64,000 bases of DNA from Phoronis australis. Taxonomy: Eukaryota; Animalia; Phoronida. Where the stretch lies: positions 258,544-322,543 of the forward strand of contig NMRA01000006.1 of NCBI GenBank assembly GCA_002633005.1, in the 5' to 3' direction. Under the pieces are notes generated by a model that saw only the letters and a program-made list of their open reading frames with translations, searched no databases and had not been told where the DNA came from. The position numbers and the translations under genes were made by a program. Numbering within the stretch: the first letter of the stretch is position 1; every line of letters begins with the position of its first letter. This document shows positions 60,001 to 64,000 of the stretch, piece after piece.

Positions 60001-63000
60001 GCATGAAGTTTTTCCTACAACAACAGAATTAAAATTAGTTACGAATCCTAGCTGCTCTAACTTAAAAGGAAAATCAAACAGAGTAAAAATATCCAGAAAA
60101 ATGTCTGCTGAAAAATAATGAATCTAACAGAGCTTAAAGAAAGACCCTCATCGATGGCTTTTACCGAAGGTAGTTCCAGTACATACCTGATCATCAGTTG
60201 CTGTGCTGATCAGGATATTGGTCAGGTTGTCACCTGGCTGACACCTGATCACATCTACTACCATCCTCTTTGTCCTAGAATGAAGTAACACGTTTTTATT
60301 CAGCGACCATTTGCAATCAAAAACAAGTTGCACTGAAAATTCTTGCATAAACATTTCATGGTGAAGAACGGCTATCTGTTATAAAACGTTTCAAATAAAC
60401 TGCGTTATTTTTTTCATCCCGCTGAAAAAGAATAACACAGTTTATTCGAAATGTTGGAATCATTGATTTCATTTTGTAAATTTTAAGTTTTACATGATGC
60501 GCCAAAAGATCTCAACACTTAAAACTTTGACTGACTTAAACTCTCATGCAGCCTTCTTGTCTTTATGGATTGATATATATACTGGCAGGAAATAAACCTC
60601 AATTAAAAAGCAATAACTCCCAAAGACCACCACGATAACAATGGCCGGTTTTACAACTGAATTAAAATGACCACGCAATACCTTATAACTAACATTGTTA
60701 ACACCATGAAATGCATGAAACACACAAAGTATTTCCTGATCAACATCCACTGAGATCATCTCTAGACACCTCAAATGTCCGTGGCAGAGAGATAGCCACT
60801 TAAGACTTTGTAATAAATAACATGCTGAAGATTACAACATCAACATTGATTTGAGGTCACTATAACCACCATTCGGCACCCCAACTTTTTAGATAGAGAC
60901 ATCTCCCTCTCATAAATTTGCGATAAATAACACCAGATCACTGGATCAACACTGACATAATATCACGTAGGAACTTATCGAGTGGTCTGTGCGAATATCT
61001 ACAAATTTAAACTAGAAAATTTATGGCAGTAAATTTAAAAGTTTTCTTAAAGTAGGATTTTAGATTTCTATTTTTCACTTTATACCAAACTGCAATGGTA
61101 CCACTTGGGTCAGGTGACAATGTGTCTTTTAGTAGAATTTAGCAAAAAGGAAAAGAGCGTTGATACCAAAACAACAGTGTCCACGATGTAACGTGACCAA
61201 ATTTTGTTTAAAAGATTAATGTTGAAGATGAAATTTCGAAAACACCGTAAAAGTTTTCTGAAATGTTATTTCAACTTCTCATTTTAGGGAAATTTGAGTT
61301 TTTCATAAAAAACATTCATGCAAAAGTGGAACACTTTAAACACAATAAAATTCCTAAAAGCATTTTGGGGGACACTGCACAAAGTATGTTATCTCAAAGT
61401 TTCACAAGAATCCAATGAGTGCTTTCAGAGATACGAAGTTCCCAAATTAGCCAAATTTGTTCGTTTCCTAACGCCCTCCATAACCTGTCACCAAGATCAT
61501 CGTCTGGTACCTCAAACATTAAGATCAGTAACAGGTGCAGACCCTCCAGCACCCTTCTATTAAATAACAGATAACGCTGGATATTACCTGATCAACATGG
61601 ACTTGAGGTCACTGTTATCATTGTCTGGCACCTCAAACATTATGAACAGTATCAGGTGCAGACCCTCCAGCACCCTTCTAATAAATAACAGATAACGCTG
61701 GATATTACCTGATCAACATGGACTTGAGGTCACTGTTATCATCGTCTGGCACCTCAAATTTGTTGGTGAGAGTCAGGGAGATCTCAATCTTTGCCATCTG
61801 TGCCCGAGCCTGTTCTTGCATTTGTTCGTCACCCACCTCAACTTCACCTACAACGCACAAAGACGAGGCACGTTAAAGTCAGTTAGGAATTTTAAGACGA
61901 AGGAAAACTCGCCCCTGATTATTCTACGCTCCGCATGACTTTTAAAACAGACAGGGACAGGGACCTCTGTTGACAAGAAGAACTCATCGCACAACTACGG
62001 TACAAAATTCTCCAGCTTGGGACGGTGAAAACTAATTATTTTGCTCAAAGATGGAGCTTGCATCAAATTTTAGAAATAACCTATATGGGCTGTTCCAAAT
62101 TCAAGGTTTTCGTTAGAGGACAAACGATCATTCAGCATGACATAACACATTTGAGTGTTGCATAAAAACATTACGTCAACGTCTGTTTCGACCATTTTAG
62201 GAACTGCTAAGTCGATTTTTTCTTACAAAACACACAATACTTCTCAAAATACCAGCCACTATGACAGTGGCTGGTATTTTGAGAAATATAATGAACAGTA
62301 AAATTGCCCATGTCGTGATTTTCGAAATCAAGAAAATCCTATTTCATCTTGTCTCATGTCCTCTGCCCATTATTTGTCATTTTGCAATGTTCAGTATTCA
62401 AAATCTAGTACACACCGACCAACTCCTCAATAGAGGGCGCATCACCAAGGTCCTCCATGAGCTCATGCAATGGATCCTTCTCATCGGTGGCGATAGAATC
62501 TTGATGCTCATACAGCAACTGGAAATGAACAAAATATATGAAATGCTACATGACAGAGTTCACCCTACAATAATCTGGTTCAATAAACTGCAATGTACTC
62601 GGGTTCTATTGTTTTTATGCAACATTGTACCAGGCTGACGAATCATTTTAGGGAACTGAGGGTACGGATCAATTGACCCACAGCGCCTCGAACCTACAGG
62701 GAACCTACGGATCACGTTACTATTACCCGTCCTGGTGTCAATTAGACTTTTTGGAGGAGGAAGCATTTTCAAGGGTCTCTATTGATTTCGGCTGCCAACT
62801 CAGTAAATTAGAAGTGATTGGTTTAAACCGCTAACTGCATTTGAATACAGCCAAAAGCATAAACCCACGGCTGGGATCTGTATTTTCACAACATGCTATA
62901 CAACATACTGTAAACATTGCTGTTCTGTTTGTTTGTTTGTTTGTTTGTTAACATTAGTTTTTCTCAGCTGCCCTGCATTCATAGGGCTAGAATCTGTATG

Positions 63001-64000
63001 CAATGCGGTTTATTCAAGAGAAAATAAGCTGATAAAGACAATTTTAATGCTCTCTATTTACTGCACTGTAACTCAATCCTGCAATAATCTACTTCACATT
63101 ATAGCGCTATACTCATCTGGAAATATACTGTAGATGTAATATACTGTAGAACTGTAGATGTAATTTACTGTAGATGTTTAGCTTAACAACTGTATTTGGT
63201 TAAGGCTATGAGAAATCCTAGAAAAAATGTCCAAATTTGGTGAACTTTGGAACCTCATACCTCAGATGCAGCTGACCGGATTCAAGTGAAACGCGTGCAT
63301 TATGCACTGTTCTCGAATTGATTTTAAAATGTCCCACCTTTGCATAATGAGCTATAAAATGTAGGATTTTCAAAATTTTTATGAAAAACTAAAAAAGTAA
63401 TACATAAAACAGAAATGATACAACAAATAAATCTCTTGAGATAAAAATATGTATACAAATATTAAATAAACCTAGAAAACTGTAAATTGTCAATTATTTT
63501 TAAAATTACTGTTCTTCACTGTACTGCAACGAACGTCAGTGAAATACAGTTTAGTTTAATTGTTGAACTTGGTGTACAGAGCAGTATATTATGGTACACC
63601 ACAGTATGAGCTTATATTTTGACTTTTGCTCCCTAAACTGACATTTTCGAATACATGCCCTGGGCTTATCTGCAGAAAACTCCAGTATGTCTTCTTGACA
63701 AATTACTCAAAGATAGATGCACATACTTCAAAATCAACACTAAAAACATGTTTCAATCAAATTTATTCCTACTACTAAAAATAAATCACCGCCGGGATTA
63801 GCTCAACAATTTCACTACTAGTCATTTTCCTCAAACTTTCCATGAACACTTTATAGAGTTAAGTTTTGCCATACCTGATGAAGGTCCACGATTTCCTGGA
63901 TTGATATGTAAATAACCGGCTTGGTTACCATGGTAGCGTCCGTGAACTCGTCTACGTTGAATCGTGCCTCAGGTTCCTCCACGTCGCACGCTAGACGGAA
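53979..64000 (-). CDS. IQGAP1: IQ motif-containing GTPase-activating-like protein (IQGAP family), spliced gene, 5'-partial. join(63875..>64000,62416..62518,61709..61847,60187..60274,59908..60014,58903..59184,55615..55746,55329..55437,53979..54098)
   Basis: Spliced translation matches IQGAP C-terminal part: FNVDEFTD..TKPVIYISI, HQDSIA..DPLHELMEDLG, EISLTLTNKFEV, TKRMVVDVIRCQPG, DIRNQRRYRQRRKQEL, KY..KLYERGVLLEIDGL, FKNVLFEI, LLQLQYEGVAVMKMF.RAKINVNLLIFLLNKKFYGK. All GT-AG, phases consistent. Confidence 0.97.
54177..54380 (-). mobile_element. Repeat carrying tRNA-like module (54250-54323)
   Basis: aaaagatctctgtcccgaccggagctcgaacc...tgagctatcgggacc aligns with the copies at 11.7 kb and 33.4 kb, including flanks on both sides. 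Confidence 0.75.
54470..54640. repeat. Dispersed repeat family member
   Basis: Reverse complement of about 16950-17110 (caaatttctcaacaaaa..ttttcaggaaaattta...aaatatggcaatttt); more diverged copies near 35860-36005 and 57575-57720. Confidence 0.65.
55329..55437 (-). CDS. IQGAP1: IQGAP exon
   Basis: ccttccag acceptor; FKNVLFEISATEDSGVFDVAVKYVGVPMDKVELVFQ; donor GTAGGC; 109 nt, phase 0. Confidence 0.95.
55615..55746 (-). CDS. IQGAP1: IQGAP exon
   Basis: cgttttag acceptor; KTHRRSWFNWKEASGTKVTSVKYNGEKLYERGVLLEIDGLPTN(Q); donor GTGAGT; 132 nt. Confidence 0.94.
55860..56690 (+). mobile_element. Non-autonomous repeat with internal tandem units and GACG microsatellite tail (pearl/HINE-like)
   Basis: Five gccactag-type units, tail gacggacg...ggacggacaga...ggcataaa; homologous to 27700-28235. 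Confidence 0.6.
58112..58341. repeat. Minisatellite, 75-bp period, about 3 copies
   Basis: catattaac recurs at 58183, 58258, 58333 with near-identical intervening sequence. Confidence 0.9.
58903..59184 (-). CDS. IQGAP1: IQGAP exon (RasGAP_C domain)
   Basis: ttttttccag acceptor; LPLESMKKNIRKNL...DIRNQRRYRQRRKQELIRL...FYEEQIDYYNKYVKTCMDNLQQKG(K); donor GTAAGT; 282 nt. Confidence 0.96.
59908..60014 (-). CDS. IQGAP1: IQGAP exon
   Basis: ttgttgtag acceptor; EKLHAKLNKTRDEIDGRAKSKKAQLVRQQSMVGDR(Q); donor GTAAGT; 107 nt, phase 2. Confidence 0.92.
60187..60274 (-). CDS. IQGAP1: IQGAP exon
   Basis: cattctag acceptor; TKRMVVDVIRCQPGDNLTNILISTATDDQ; donor GTATGT; 88 nt, phase 0. Confidence 0.95.
61496..61759. 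repeat. 121-bp tandem repeat (about 2.2 copies) overlapping IQGAP exon end and donor
   Basis: gatattacctgatcaacatggacttgaggtcactgttatcat at 61580 and 61701. Confidence 0.92.
61709..61847 (-). CDS. IQGAP1: IQGAP exon
   Basis: gcgttgtag acceptor; EVEVGDEQMQEQARAQMAKIEISLTLTNKFEVPDDDNSDLKSMLI(R); donor GTAATA; 139 nt, phase 2. Confidence 0.95.
62416..62518 (-). CDS. IQGAP1: IQGAP exon
   Basis: catttccag acceptor; LLYEHQDSIATDEKDPLHELMEDLGDAPSIEELV(G); donor GTGTGT; 103 nt, phase 1. Confidence 0.95.
63875..64000 (-). CDS. IQGAP1: IQGAP exon (truncated by window edge)
   Basis: FRLACDVEEPEARFNVDEFTDATMVTKPVIYISIQEIVDLHQ; donor GTATGG; phase 0. Confidence 0.95.

Overview
Eukaryotic (metazoan, AT-rich, repeat-rich; probably a marine invertebrate bilaterian, taxon not determinable by eye) genomic DNA. 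The ORF track is almost all noise because genes are split into short exons. Manual splice-aware reading finds two genes in tandem on the minus strand: (1) the last nine coding exons of an IQGAP-family scaffold (end of the GRD region, RasGAP_C and C-terminus; stop at 53979), and (2) about 7 kb downstream, a CRTC/TORC CREB coactivator (ATG at 47008; 10-11 coding exons down to 487; C-terminal transactivation exons lie beyond the left edge) with a 31.5-kb second intron. Exon phases are mutually consistent throughout both models. Highlights: a U12-type (minor spliceosome) GT-AG intron in CRTC, the same IQGAP->CRTC tandem order as human IQGAP1->CRTC3, a candidate in-frame alternative donor and candidate internal first exons in CRTC, repeated duplications of an IQGAP exon tail plus donor, a palindromic repeat family built around tRNA-like modules, MITEs with 5-bp target duplications, CTCF-like motifs, and a probable haplotype-overlap assembly artefact at the single N. 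No prokaryotic-type system (CRISPR, operon, autonomous transposase) is present, and I found no convincingly new biological system; all calls are by eye without alignment tools.
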